Origin: Octopus sinensis | Lineage: Eukaryota | Reading direction: 5' to 3' | Assembly (NCBI RefSeq): GCF_006345805.1 | Contig: NC_042997.1 | Span: forward strand, 182,652,001 to 182,716,000 | Length of the DNA stretch: 64,000 nt | Shown here: one piece after another, positions 46,560-60,600 of the stretch | Layout of the letters: every line of letters starts with the position of its first letter | Numbering within the stretch: the stretch's first letter is position 1 | Program-made: the position numbers and the translations under genes | Notes under the pieces: generated by a model | The model's database searches: none | What the model saw: only the letters and a program-made list of their open reading frames with translations | What the model was told of the DNA's origin: nothing

Positions 46560-48400
46560 GTTTTGTTGGCAGTGGGTTATCAGACCATTAGGTAGTTTGT
46601 GGCTAGAATAAGTATTAGGTGGAGTGAGAGAGGTTATAGGGATGTAGGGAATAAGGATTAAATGAGAGAGGAGTTGCAAATTAACATGTGCACACAAGGT
46701 GGAAGGAGAAGGACACAAGGATGTGTTGAAAGAGAAGGTATTATGCAGATATATGTAAGTATGCAAACTGTCAAATATGTAGATGCATGTCCACTCAGAC
46801 ACATATAGACAGGTGTGGGTGTGTTTAAAATTTACAATGAAAATAACAAGACAAAGTATAAGTATTATTTTAATGCTCAGTGAAAGATTAAGAAAGTAGA
46901 AGTATTTTTAATGGTTTGAGCTAAAATACTTATTCTGATAGAGAACTAGAAAGAAGAAAAATATGGGAATAACAGAAAAATAAATATTGTTCTGCTCAAG
47001 TCATGTTGAAAAATGCAGTTTGAATGACCATATGTGACCCAGAAGGATTGAGGTTTTTAATTAAAAAACAACAGAGGTGATTATGCAAAAATTATATATC
47101 TGTATGTGTGTCTATTTTTATTGTGTATTGTGCACTCAATACACATGGGATAGTATGTATGGTTCTATAGTCATGACGTGTGTATATATATGAGTATGCC
47201 ATTTACATGTCTATGTTATTTAAGGTTGTACATGCACATTTTGATTGTAATTATGCTCTTGTGGAAGTGATATGAGGATGTAAGTCACACTGTGTATGTA
47301 TGTGCTTACGTAGTATGTGTATGGACTTTTGTTGAATGTATGTTTAGGTGTATTAGGGCGCATACAGGTTTGAATATGCTTGTATACATGAGAGTAGGGA
47401 GGAGGATGTGTGCATTAAAAATTGTAGTGGTTGAGTTCATTAGGAATGAATGTTTGAAAAGTGAAAAGGAATTTCTGGTTGTATTAGTGACCAGAGCCTG
47501 GAGAATTATGTAGGGTTCCACTGAACACAAGAGATACCAAAGAGTGGACTGATTAACAGAGCAGAAATGACATGAATCAGAGAAGTCATTACATGTATTT
47601 GTATACATGCATACTCAAAGACAGGTACACACACACACACACCAGAAAATATCCATTAAAAATGTCAAATGACAACCACAAAGGAATATGTAAATAAAAT
47701 TAGGTATGTATGCTTTGAACTGGGGTATGAGTAGAAGAGTAGGGGAAGGTTGAGGGTGGGAACTATTGAAATTTAGATTCAAGGTATCTTCTGAAGAAGC
47801 AATGATTAGGTAAGTGAGGGAATGAGGTTACCTAAATACAAGAACTGAGATTTAGAAGAAAGGAGAGGAAAACAAATTTTTCAAAAGTTTGGGAAGATTC
47901 ATTCAGATAGATTACTTAATATGGGGGAGAATGTGAAAAATATGAAAATATTTAAGCATTTAAAAGTTAAATGGTTATTCAGTGTAGAAAGAAAAAATAT
48001 TTTTAATGATATATCAGAAATAAGGGGATATGAAAGTGCAGATGGACAATGACAGGGGACAAGCTAATTTGATTAAGATCAACTTAATCTTAACAGACAT
48101 AACAAATCAAGCAAAATGCAAAAAAAAAACAATTTAAGTTGGGAAAACAAAAGAGATGGAAATAGCAGAATCATTGAAGAGATAGAGAGAACTCATGAGA
48201 GAAATAGAGAGTGGGAGTAAAAAAATGGAAGATTCTAAGAGTGAGAAGCAGAGTAAAAGTGGGAGTAGAAGTAAACATGCAAGAGGAAGAGTGAAAGTAA
48301 TATTAAGATTTAAACATAATAAGGGAGAAGGAGAAGGAAGAATATCAAAATATTGTAAAATTTGAGACATCACTGTGTCTTTAGTTATCTCATTGTCTTA
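46560..48400 (-). mobile_element. Possible highly decayed Penelope-like element, second family
   Basis: Minus-strand relics KSQFLYL (similar to YSQFLRL) near 47850 and LIHVIS (similar to LIYCISC before GIY-YIG) near 47580; strong strand skew. Confidence 0.35.
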
Positions 48401-49119
48401 TTCTTTCACTCTCTGCATTTGTTTGAAGTGTTTTTGAATTGTATCTTGGTATATAAAATAATGACATGTATAGTCAAAAGCATTATTTCAGTATAAAAAT
48501 GAAAAAAATTATGAAAGCCTCACTCCATGCAGACTTTTAAGCTAGCTCCTGCAGAGGGCTAATTGGACCTGCAGCTCAAAACTAAAAATAGCTAAATAGC
48601 ATGACTATAATACGTCTATAATGACTATATCCCCTGGTGGTGTTTGATCAGAGGTTAAGGACGGATGAGAATTAACTGTGTAATGCAATCATTCTATTGT
48701 TCCAGTCCTAAGTTGAATCCCAACTATTGGACAATTTATCCCAAGGTTCTTATCTCAAACGTAAACTTAACACAGATTTCATTTATCTCCCCCTTGATCT
48801 CTGACAAATGCCAACGAAGATGGCATAAATCAGCCAAGCTTTACCTGCTAGAAATAGCAACCCAAATGCTTTTAAATCAGATCCCAATGCTGGATGTTCA
48901 AGAACCAAATGAAGGACAGATTTTCAATCCTGTGATCATCATGATTCCAAAAAGGTATAATATGTCTATGTGGAGCAAATGTAAACTGAGAAACAGGGAT
49001 CCAATATGGACAGACATAATTTCACCTCTATTAATATAGATATGCATATACATTTATCTAGGTCTGTCTATCTGAAATCAGAACCATGTGATAAGGAAGC
49101 AAACTTTTCACCACACAGC

Positions 49120-49520
49120 CATGCCTGTCATCATCGTTTAACGTCCGTTTTACGTGCTAGTATGGGTTGGACGGTTCGACTGGGGTCTGAGAAGCCAGGA
49201 GGCTACACCAGGCTCCAGTCTGATCTGGCAGTGTTTCTACCGCTGGATACCCTTCCTAACGCCAACCACTCTGTGAGTGTAGTGGGTGCTTTTTACGTGC
49301 CAGGGGAGGCTAGCAGCGACCATGATCAGTTGGTGCTTTTTACGTGCCAGGGGAGGCTAGCAGCGATCATGATCGGTTAGTGCTTTTTACGTGCCACCAG
49401 CACAGAAGCCAGTCAAAGCAGCGCTGGCATCAGCCAAGTTCAGATGGTGCTTTTTACATGCCACCAGCACAGGTATCACAACTACAATTCCCATTTGATA
49501 TTTATTTTGATGTTGATTCA
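49120..49520 (-). mobile_element. RTE-related 3' UTR/tail with a 42-bp internal tandem duplication
   Basis: catcatcgtttaacgtccg tail; gtgctttttacgtgccaggggaggctagcagcga..catgatc is repeated. Confidence 0.75.
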
Positions 49521-49605
49521 CTTGACTCAATCAGAAATCATATATATATAGAGAGAGATAGAGAGAGTAGGGGGGAGGGAAAGAGAGATAGTGTACATAT
49601 ATATA

Positions 49606-50760
49606 TATTGGGTCATCCCATAAATAATGCAGTGTTTTCATTGCATGAACTAAAAATTGGAGTGGGCAGGATAAACTACCTGCATTAACATGCTATAAAA
49701 GCAGATAGTATTTTTACCTTGTCCTTATTCTTAGTGCAAGATTTGAAGAGTGCAGTTCGATTTTAACAGTTATTTTTTCAAAACTATAATGAAAGTAATA
49801 AAGGAGCATGTTCAGCATATTTTGCTTTATGGGTTCAATAAAGACAAAAACGCAATGGAAAGTGTGAGGAATATTAATATGTGGAGATTAGACAGTAAGT
49901 GTAAATGAGTGTCAACGGCCGTTCCAGAAATTTCGAGTTGAAAACTACAACCTAGAAGATGAGCCTCATCCTGGAAGATCTGTAGAGCTAGATGAGGATG
50001 TCCTGCAAACCCTAGTGGAACAAAATCCCATCGTAACTGTTGAAGAACTAGCAGAGAAGCTTGGATTTGGTCATTCAACCATTCATCAACACCTATGTGC
50101 CGTCGGAAAAGTCAGCAAATTGGATCAATGGGTTCCTCACAAACTTTCTAAGTCTAATCACACACAGAGAGTGAATGTGTGCTCTTCGTTGCTATAACAT
50201 CTTGAAAATTAACCTTTTTTGGACTGAATAGTGACTGTTGATGAGAAATGGGTTCTCTATAAAAATGTCAAGTGCCGAAGACAGTGAGTAGGGAAAGGAG
50301 AAACACTGGCACCCCAGGCTAAAGAAGGTCATCACCCACATAAGGTATTGTTATCTGTTTGGTAAGATATGAAAGGTTTAGTCCACTTTGAACTTTTAAA
50401 CCCAAACCAAACAATAACAAAGGAGATCTACTGTGAGCAGCTTGAGCAATTTAAGTCAGTGCTAGAAGAAAATAATCCTCTTTGGTTTCAAAACGAAAGG
50501 TGTTCTTCCATCAGGATAATGCCACATACAGCAAGGATGACATTCCAAAGGCTGGAGCAGTTTGAATGGGAAACAATGCCCCACCTACCATATTTGCTGG
50601 ATATTATCCCATCTGATTATCATTTATTCCACAGTCTTCAAAATCATTTGGACAGAAAAAATATGAATTCTGTAGACAAGATCAGAACTGTATTTTTCAT
50701 CATGAGCAAGTCAATTTTGGAAGAGGAGCCTTGCAAGTCTACCAGATAGATGGAAGAGCA
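49606..50760 (+). pseudogene. Decayed mariner (DD34D) transposase with 5' TIR
   Basis: TA-ttgggtcatcccataaataatgc TIR; motifs WVPHKL, VTVDEKW, PSDYHLFHSLQNHL; stops and frameshifts; 3' TIR not found. Confidence 0.9.
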
Positions 50761-50769
50761 TAAAATGCA

Positions 50770-51035
50770 AGAGACACACAATCTCATATACTGCATTACT
50801 TACCCCAACTGCAAGGAAAATTACATTTGTGATACAAACAATTCCCTCTGCCAACGTGCAAGAATCTACAGACAACACATCCAACAAGAGGAATTGTGAA
50901 AGACTCCACTGAGCAAGCATCTAGAAACATGCAGTAAAAGAAAGTTCAAAATCTTTCCCTTTTACAAATGTTCGAGAGTTGACTCAGAATTCTGAAAAGC
51001 AAAGGAGCTACAGCTTGTCAAAAAATTCTCTCCAA
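50770..51035 (+). mobile_element. Penelope-like GIY-YIG 3' fragment
   Basis: Relic NLIYCITYPNCKENYICDTNNSLCQRARIYRQHI, then ...FKIFPFYKC...KKFSPKFN. Confidence 0.65.
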
Positions 51036-51102
51036 AATTTAATGTTTGAAAGAGAACCAGAGGAGCTACATTTTTTCAAAAAGATTGGAAAGAGAAAATA
51101 TA

Positions 51103-52100
51103 TACTTTGGATGGGGCTATGCGAAACTTGTGCAGGGCTGGGGCTATCCTGCACCAGTTTTGCATAGCCCCAGCCCATCCAAAGTACCTTAGATTGCAGA
51201 ATGACCTGCTGTGCTTACTTTGGATTGTAGGGTGACCTGCTGTGCTTGAGGAGACCTATTGAGTCAAGTACATCAATATCAAAATAAATATCAAATGGAA
51301 ATTGTAGTTACGATACCTGTGCCAGCGGCACGTAAAAAGTACCATCCGAACGTGGCCGATGCCAGCACCACCTTGACTGGCTTCTGTGCCGGTGGCACAT
51401 GACCTACTGTGCTTGAGGAGACCTATTGAGTCAAGTACATCAACATCAAAATAAATATTGAATGAAAATTGTAGTTGTGATACCTGTGCTGGTGGCACAT
51501 AAAAAGCACCATTCGAATGTGGCCAATGCCAGCGCCGCCTTGACTGGCTTTTGTGCCATTGGCACATAATAGGCACCAACCGATCATGGCTGTTGCCAGC
51601 CTCCCCTGGCATGTAAAAAGCACCTACTACACTCATGGAGTGGTTGGCATTAGGAAGGGCATCAAGCTGTAGAAACACTGCCAGATCAGACTGGAGCCCG
51701 ATACAGCCCCCTAGCTTCCCAGACCCCGGTCAAACTGATTTGACTAAGGACTGTGAAACAGATGGCTGCACCAGGCTCCAATCTGATCTGGCAGAGTTTC
51801 TACAGCTGGATGCACTTCCTAATGCCAATCACTCCGAGAGTGTAGTAAGTGCTTTTACGTGCCACCGGCATGAGGGTCAGTCAGGCAGTACTGGCAACGG
51901 CCACACTCAAATGGTGTTTTTTAAGTGCCATATGCACGGGAGCCAGTCCAGTGGCTCGAATGTTTTTTTCACATGCCACCGGCAAAAGTGCCAGTAAGGC
52001 AGCGCTAGTAACAATCATGCTCGAATGGTGCTTTTTACATGCCACCAACATGGAAGCCAATCAGCTGCTCTGGCAATGATCACACTCAGAAGGTGCTCTT
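51103..52100. repeat. Cluster of RTE 3' UTR copies in both orientations
   Basis: Tandem duplication of about 165 bp (51256-51600) and a head-to-head pair at 51612-51698 / 51774-51858. Confidence 0.8.
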
Positions 52101-53060
52101 AGCATTCCACTAGCAAGGATGCCAGTCCTCAAATTTGATTTCAATTTCAATTTCACTTGCCTCAACAGGTCTTCGCAAGCAGAGTTTAGTGTCCAATGAA
52201 AGAAAGGTATGTATAAGTGGGCTAGTTACACCCCTGGCATAGGCCACATGTTATGGTCTTACTTAGCTTGCACAGCATATTTCCAAAGGTCTTGGTCACT
52301 AGTCATTGACTTGGTGAGGCCTACTATTCAAAGGTCATGCTTCATCACCTCATCCCAGGTCTTCCTGGGTCTGCCTCTTCCACACATTCCCTCAACCACT
52401 AGGGTGTGGCACTTTTTCACACAGCTATCCTCATCCATTCTCACCACATTATCATACCAGTGCAGTCATCTCTCTTGCACACCACATCTAATGCTTCTTA
52501 GGTCCAACTTTTCTCTCAAGGTACTTACACTCTGTCAAGTATGCACACTGACATTACACATCCAGTGGATCATACTGGCTTCATTCCTTGCAAGCTTACA
52601 CATGCCCTCAGCAGTCACGGCCATGTCGCATGGCTGTTCATACACATGCATCATACAGTCTACCTTTTACTCTGAGCAAGAGGCCCTTTGTCACCAGTAG
52701 AGGTAAGAGCTCTCTGAACTTTGCCCAGACTATTCTTATTCTAGCAGCTACACTTTCAGTGCACCCTCCCCCGCTACTGACTTGGTCACCTAGGCAACCG
52801 AAGCTATCAACTACTTATAGTTTTTCTCCCTGGAATGTGGCAGAAGTTGTTCTCTGCACATTTCCAGTGTTTATTGCTCCTGAGCATCTGCCACATACAA
52901 AAATTATCTTCCCAGTTAGCCTTCCTTTGATATTGCTGCACCTTTTATGTGTCCATAGCTTCATACTCTTTTATAGCACCTTTTATGTGTCCCTGTCTTC
53001 ATACTCTTAATTTCTTTATCTACCAAGGTACTGTCAATTCGGATATATGGTCTCTCTGTT
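52100..53060 (-). mobile_element. Decayed RTE LINE, 3' part of the ORF
   Basis: Reverse complement of the coding relic at 15852-16250 (ctcatcccaggtcttcctgggtctgcctcttccaca = CGRGRPRKTWDE), extended further 5'. Confidence 0.85.
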
Positions 53061-53065
53061 GATAT

Positions 53066-53095
<30 letters not shown>

Positions 53096-53097
<2 letters not shown>

Positions 53098-53961
53098 GGG
53101 GTTGGACAAAATAATGGAAACACCTTAAAATTTCAAACAGTAATTACAGCTTGAATTCTATGAGATAAGGACTCATACAAAGTTTGAATTGTTTCCGAAG
53201 GAATTTTTGTCCAATCTTCAGCTAAAACAGTCTCCAGTTCTTGTAGTGATGATGGTGGAGGATATCGACTCATTACTTGTTTTTCTAAAATGTACCATAA
53301 ATGTTGAATAATATTGAGATCTGGGGACTGTGGTAGCCAGATAAGATGTTCAACTTCACTAGAATGTTCCTCGTGCCATAACTTTAGCTGTGTCAATTGG
53401 TTCATTATCATCCTGAAAGATTGCGCTTCCCTCCAGAAACAGTTCCGCAACCATTGAATGAATTTGATCAGATAAAATGCTTAAATAGTCTTGACTATTA
53501 ATTCTGCCATGAAGGGAAACCATTGAACCAACGGATTTCCAAGAAATAGCCCCACAGATCATCAGAGATCCTCCTCCATGTTTAACAGTTGGAAGAAGGC
53601 AGTCCAGATCAAATGCTTCTTTTGTCTGTCTCCACACGTATACTTGGCCAGTGGCCAGAAATATGGTAAAGGATGACTCATCCGAGAAAATAACATTCTT
53701 CCACTGCTCTAGGAGCCAATTCTGTAGGTTTTTACTCCACTCTAAATGTTTTGCAATGTTTGTTTTTGAAAGTAGTTGTTTTCTGATTGCAGCCCTCTCG
53801 TGAAATCTGGCTTTGTGCAGCTCCCAGCAAACAGTTTTTGTAGAAACTGGGTTCTCAAGGTGATCATTAAGCTCTGCAGTAATTTTGGGAGCTGTACTTT
53901 TGTGATCCTTTCTAACAATTCGTGTAAGAGTTTAACGGTCCCTATCTGAAAGTTTTGGTTT
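53096..53961 (-). pseudogene. Tc1-like (DD34E) transposase relic, 5'-truncated
   Basis: TIR caggggttggacaaaataatggaaacacc at 53096; motifs FSDES, PTVKHGGGSLMICG, FQDDN, WLPQSPDLNIIQHLW; frameshifted. Confidence 0.92.
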
Positions 53962-54660
53962 GGATCAAAGGAAACATCTAAATCAACTTTTGACAGATTA
54001 GTAGAAACAGTGAATTGCCAAAAAGTATCAATGAGATTTTTCCTAAATTTATCAAGAGTGTGATCATCACAGCCTCGAGATATTCCCAATCTATCATCCT
54101 GGTATTGGCCAATATCATGGCATTGGAACTTGGATTTAAGTGTTTTTAATATAAACAGACCTACAAGATTGTAGATGTCAGCACTACATCAATACATCAA
54201 ACAATTCATCTTTATCTGATTTTTTAACCTATGCTGAGCTCTTACAAAACAGAAGTGTTTTTCTCACATGCATAATGTCTAAATCTATGTAGTCTATGTC
54301 AACATATGTTTTTGCAAACTCAATTGCCTTCACAGACATCAAGGGATAAAAATCTATAATATCAAACTGTGTAAATCTGGCCCTATGCTTATTCTTTAAA
54401 TCTTTAAACTGATCCATTACAGTATTGCTATTATCCCATTGCTGTAGCATAGTGGTCTCTCTGATTCTCATTCCTTAGTACTTTTTTGAATACCAACCCC
54501 ATTTCAGTCCTCACTGGGTTTAACAATCTTTTAGAGTAATGAAAGCTTACTCTTTTGATAAGCATTCTAATCTATCATCAATAGCAGTATTACCCCTGCT
54601 CCATGTAGATCTCTCAGATGTTTTGGTAAAGTATTAAATAACCATGTGTCCTTCAATCCC
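53962..54660 (-). mobile_element. Penelope-like reverse transcriptase fragment
   Basis: Relic QWDNSNTVMDQFKDLKNKHRARFTQFDIIDFYP...HVRKTLLF, then DKFRKNLIDTF...VDLDVSFD. Confidence 0.75.
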
Positions 54661-55090
54661 AAGCTACAGCAGATCTTCACTCTAGATTGGACAGCCGAGA
54701 CCTTTGGATCAGAGCAGTGACATCCAGTTCAGGGGCTGGTATAGTTCTCAATGCTAAAGTTTGGTGCCAACCCCTCCAGGATCTTCCATACGTATATCAC
54801 AGTATATCTCTCCCATCTTTGCTCTAGGGAGTAGAGTGTAGCTCTTTCAGTCTCTCTCAGTTGTTCAGCTGTTCCATTGATGCAAGTCTTCCTGATGTAG
54901 CACTGATGAACTGTCTCAAGTTCTGCCATTAATCTGATACTGTGGGGTGACCACAGTTGAGAGCAGTAGTTGAGATGGCTGAGGACAAATGTCCTTCATA
55001 GTTTCCAGTCCCTTGTTCTGAAAGTTCTCAGAATCCATCCAGTCATTAACCTGTACACTGCCACCATCTTGATGATACACACCAGCCTAA
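54660..55090 (-). mobile_element. CR1/L2-like LINE C-terminal fragment
   Basis: LYSLEQRWERYTVIYVWKILEGLAPNF resembles the CR1 motif LYSLERRRERY. Confidence 0.7.
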
Positions 55091-57563
55091 TATATCATTA
55101 TGTTGCCTTAATCAGTATTATTAGGGAAGGTTTCAAAAGATCATCTAAATAAATGCATACAGCATAACAATAATGAGTTTCCCTCCATTAAACAGTAGCA
55201 TACTACTTGTAGAACATACAATACTGTTCCTAACATTCTTTACTTTTACGCTCCTGATAAATTTACATATAGCAGTGAAGTTTTCTAAATTTTTAATATT
55301 TAAGCAATGATATATGATTATATAATTTTGATTTAAATCTAGTTGCACAAGTTCCTATTTCCCCTGATTTAATGAATATTTATGAATTATAAATTATGCA
55401 TTTTCTTAAGCACTGGCTATTCAACATATGGTTTAGATGATTGTTACTACATTGCTGGGTAAGACTATTTCAATTATTAATTATATCATTATTATTATAT
55501 GAATGCTAAACCCATTTCAACAAACTCTCTTAATTTACAAGCATTGTGTGCCACTATAATTTCAGCCAAATTTCTGGTGGCTGAATATGCTACCTACTAA
55601 ATAACTTACCATATTTACTTGACAGTGGGAGAAGCTTGGTGAGGCCTTGAAAAATTTACTTTGTATATGTGTGGCTACTTGGGCTCAATATGGAGCATTA
55701 TATCATGCAACCTTTCATAAGCAAGTCCTTCACTTTCTAGCAGGTAAATATTATAGTTATTATTGCCTCACATATTCCCTGTGTGCATATAACATATAAA
55801 ATATATATATTTGTATAATGCATAATGTATATATGTGTGTGTGTATATATATGTATATTAAGAGTTATTAAGATGGAACAAGCATCTATACATGGCATTT
55901 TATCGGTCATAAAACCTATTACATAAATGTAACCATAGATATATTTAGAGAAGAAAAATAGTCTTTGATATATCTTTACAGCTATTTCAAAAAATCCAGT
56001 GATTTGTGAAGGTAGTAATGTGTATTATGCTAACAAGTATATTTGTTTGCATAATAGTATACAGTGAACAGGTAGAATTTATTATTAACACCTATACATG
56101 ATACATTAATATGATCAAGCTGGAAACACTGAGGTGCCAAATTCTTTTGTTCAGATGGATGAGTGGCAAAAGGCAAAAAGCAGATTTTATAGAAACCTCT
56201 ATATATGAGTATAGAAACATCAATAAAAAGATAAAGGAAGAGGGGGTTAATGTATCATGTTTATCATTGATTATAATTTCTATTTGTTTGATTCTTTGTA
56301 ATGTCACTTATGAATAGTACAATGCCATATATACATGTTAGTTCATCTTTTATCACTTTATTATACATTTCTTATAGCCAACTCTTCTGTGGAATTATTT
56401 CTACAATTATTAGGTTGGATTTTAAGAACCTGACTATTCTGAGTACTAATCTGGTGTTCATTTACAATACACTTATATTAGCATCTTTTCACCCACTATG
56501 TGTGTATGTGTGTGTAGTGAATTGGGGAGAAAGAGATGTATGGAGATGGAGGAGAGATAATTTGGTGGCATACAAGGGTGATCAATATAAAATGTGGGTG
56601 GAGAAGACAGTATTAAGAATAAAGATGGATAACAGTGAAATGGTTTGGATAATAAAAGGCTGTAAATGATATCAAAGAAAATCTGAAGTATGTATTCTGC
56701 TCACATTTCAGCAGCAGAATATTGTAGTTAGAGGGATCATGGCTGGTGTGAGTGTCTTGAGGAGGGAATTTGGTGAGTAGTGCAGTTGCACACACATACA
56801 CACACATATTAAAAAATACGTAATCAACTGCAGAAAACTAAAGAATAAAAAATCAAAATACTTCTGCTACATAATAGTTTTTATTGTCTAATTAATGTTC
56901 TTGAGCAGAATGCTGATACCATTGAAAGGAATAACATTGTAAGAACATAATCTATGACAATTAGTATCACATATAACAGTTCTTTCTCTGGTATTTAAAT
57001 GGATCCATTTCTGCTGTTTAACTAGCATAACACCATCAGTTGTGCTATATACACAGTGCATATAATGTTGAATCATTCAGATTACAGCTTCACTTTGAAG
57101 GAAAAGAAGGAAAGAAAAACTTTCAAAAACTAAAATAAGCCATTATTTTTAAAATGTTTGAAGGAATAATTTTGTTGTTTCAAAAATAATTGTTCACAAC
57201 TGAATTTTCTTTTCTTTAATAGTAACCATAATAATTTCATTACTTTTTCTTGTTTTTAGAAAGACTCATTGTTGAAATGATTTCTTTAAATCTTGAAACA
57301 TCACAATTTTCAAAATTTTTTTGTAAAAATTTTCTTGATTCTCTGTTTGTTTTGAGGTTGGGTTAGCAAATTTTTTACTGTTTTTATTATATTTTTTTTT
57401 CAGCAAGTATCAACAAAGAAAAACAAAATATTGAGCTAACCATTCCAGTTATAAGGTAGGGTTTTAAAAAGACATATATTTTGGGCTGAACTTTTCACAA
57501 CCCCCCAAATGCTCTTTTTTTTTCTTTTAAAATTAAAACACAACCATTTTTTCAGTTTCTTCA

Positions 57564-57617
57564 ATTGGTGCTACAATAAATATTGGTGCCACAATAAATA
57601 TTGGTGCCATAGTAAAT
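57564..57617. repeat. 18-bp tandem repeat, about 3 copies
   Basis: Unit attggtgc(c/t)acaataaat. Confidence 0.85.
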
Positions 57618-60600
57618 AAACAATAATAATCTAGTTTTAACTAACCAAGTTTTTTTATTTTACCTAAAGGTTATTCAACTTTAACTGATCTTTGTTTTTT
57701 GTCTATTATTAATAGAAATCGATAAGAATATATTGTTTTTCTTCACAAAGAAAAGAACTAATTAAAAAAATTTTAGGATTAATAACTGAAAAGAATAACC
57801 TTGAAATAATGCTATGTAGAATCTAAAAACAAGACACACAAAAAAAATATATATCTCAATGACAGAAGTAAACTTTAGCATAAAACCCTGAAAATATTAG
57901 TCATAAAACATTGGGTATAAAATTACTCAACCCAGAGCTCATAACAAAAAAATATCTTACTTAGTCTCTTCTATCTTGTATACTTTTTTACCCAAGTATC
58001 ATACTTAGCCAACTTTTTTTTCCGTAATCTAGCCTCTTCATGTCACACACATACCAGTGACATATTTACATTTTTTTTTTCCTCAATGAATTTATCTTTT
58101 GTAAGGACACTTTTCCCAATTTAATGGGATTATTACTAATAAACAAAACTTATTCAAATGTTTTCTTTTTGGTATTTCTTCAACCCTTTGTGGTAGTGGT
58201 GTTGGAGATGCTGAAGTCTTGGCCTTTCAAAATTAAAACACAAGACCAATGTTTTTCTTTCTTTAGAAAAGAAATTTGATATGCTAATTTTGACATTTTC
58301 AAATAGCAAAGCACATATTGAACAACAAAATGAAAATAGTTTCTATGAGCACTACAACTAGACACAAGAAACAGATTTTAATACTAAGGAAAATAGTTTA
58401 AGAAACAAAATCTAAGGTGACAAACTAGTAAAATGCTTGCTCTATCCATATTGTATTTTGCTCATTTGCACACAATAATTTGACAGGCAGCAGTAAAGTG
58501 TAATGACAAGATGATAGCAAGAAAATCTCTCTGTCAGGATATATTATATTCCAATTTGCAGAGAAATATTCATATATTGCTAATTAATGGATTATCCTCA
58601 GTTTTCTCAAATATATACAAACTCGTTTTTGATTTATAAATTGAAGTTATAAAAATCAACACCCTGACAATAAACTTCAAATGTCTAATTATATAAATGC
58701 ATAAAGTCATGAAACATGGAACCAGTGTTCAATAAATAGTAACAAACAAATTATTTCGACTAGATAGGCACAGCCTGTTGACATCGATTCGTTTGTTGAC
58801 TTTTATCTGGAGACAGAAGTAGGCTTTCTTCTTGTCTAAGATAAATTTGACCATTAAACATATTTGCCAGCATACAAGCATCACAAGACTTATTCTATGT
58901 ACAACTTTTTCCAAGAGTATTTTGATAGAAGAGATGTACTTTCTACCTATAGTTACTGGAATAAATAATGTCCCATGTCAAAAAATTTTGAGAGAAACAT
59001 TTTTTGGAATAAAAATGTGTCTTATATGCTGTCAGATATAGAATCCAGTTTTATTACTGGTACTTGTTTTATCGACTCCAATAAATTGAAAGGCTAAGTC
59101 GACATTAACAGGAATCAAACAGTATGATAAGGTGCCAAATTTGGTGCTGTATCAATAAGCACCAACCAATTTTAATTTTAAAAAATTAGTTTCATTTTAT
59201 ATTTTTTCAACGTGCTTTAAAAAATATTTGTTTTAAAATTCAATAACAATGTGATATCTCTAGTAGTTGATCTATAGCAATGGCTAAGGGATATATTAAC
59301 AGTTAGAAAACTCTTAAAGAGATTTAAATTGTATTATAGTTGTTAAAGAGAGTGAAATTTTAAAATTTAACTGAAATAAAATTGTACCAAATACATATTA
59401 AATAAATATTGATAAATATATACTTATGCAGGGACTCTGTAGTGCAATTAGCAATGCAGTAGCCTGGAAACCAATAGATACATGGTTTGAATCCTAATAG
59501 TGAACCTGTTTCTATTTTATTTCTTAAATTGGTGTTTATAATATCTAATATCATTCAAATAAATATCTTTTTAGAATTATGAATTTGAATTAAAATTAAA
59601 ATTTATATAGTCAACTTGAAATAAAAGTGAAATAAATATTTCAGTTAAAGCAAACTTATTTTGCTCATTCTGAACTCTAGGAAAAAACCAAGAGAACTTT
59701 GAAAATGAACTAAGAGGACTTCCTAATATATATTGTAAAATTGAGGAAAGAACAGTATATGTTTTAGCTTTACTCTCTGTAAAACCTTTCAAAGTGATTA
59801 CATTATCAAATAAATAATAAAAAGTATACACTGGATAATTTGTACCACTAATTATCATTGGTTTACAAATATACTGGATATCATAGCCTCGTTGTTTAAA
59901 AAATTGCTCTTCTCTATCTCCCTCACTCACTTTCACATCAATATGCATAAATAAATCCACAAATAAATATATTTACATAAGATATTAATCCAATGCATGT
60001 TCATACACAAAAACAAAAACATACAATCATAAGATAGAGAAAGGATCATACAAAAAATGCTACAATACAGGATCATTTTACTTGGTGCTTGCATAGAGTC
60101 TGAGATGTACAAGTGTCTAAGTAACAAAACATTTCAAATTACATATGTTGGGTTTTTAAAGGGGCATTTAAGAACCTATATCCCACACATGCAGAAAGAA
60201 AGGAAAACAATAGAAGTAGGTTGTAGCAAAACTATGTCAGAGTTCAAGTACTGAACTATAGAGTTCAACAACTGAAATGTGTCCTAAGTGTAAATTTTAA
60301 TACTTTGCATGGATAAAAAAGTTCTTAAAGATTTTTGTTTCTATATGTGTATATTGTATAACTGAATTTGTTCAAAACTACTTCAATGCTTTATTCCCTT
60401 CCTTTTCAAAATGTAAAAGTTAAAACAAGGGAAATAATTGAAGCACTTGATTGGAAACAATCAATGCAGTAATAACAAATGTATAGAAAGGTTTGTTTTT
60501 TGTTGTATTATTCTTCACAAATAATTATAGCACTAGTGACTTGATACGGAGTATTTTAATGCAAATGGACACAATAATAATTAAATTTATAAAATTGGTT

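Noticed and set aside
59431-59510. tRNA-like sequence with A-box and B-box-like motifs
   Set aside because: The acceptor and anticodon stems do not pair. At most it is a decayed SINE head or tRNA relic.
59577-59960. 127-aa minus-strand ORF
   Set aside because: No recognisable domain, no coherent splice sites or partner exons, and an ORF of this length is not far from chance expectation in 64 kb.
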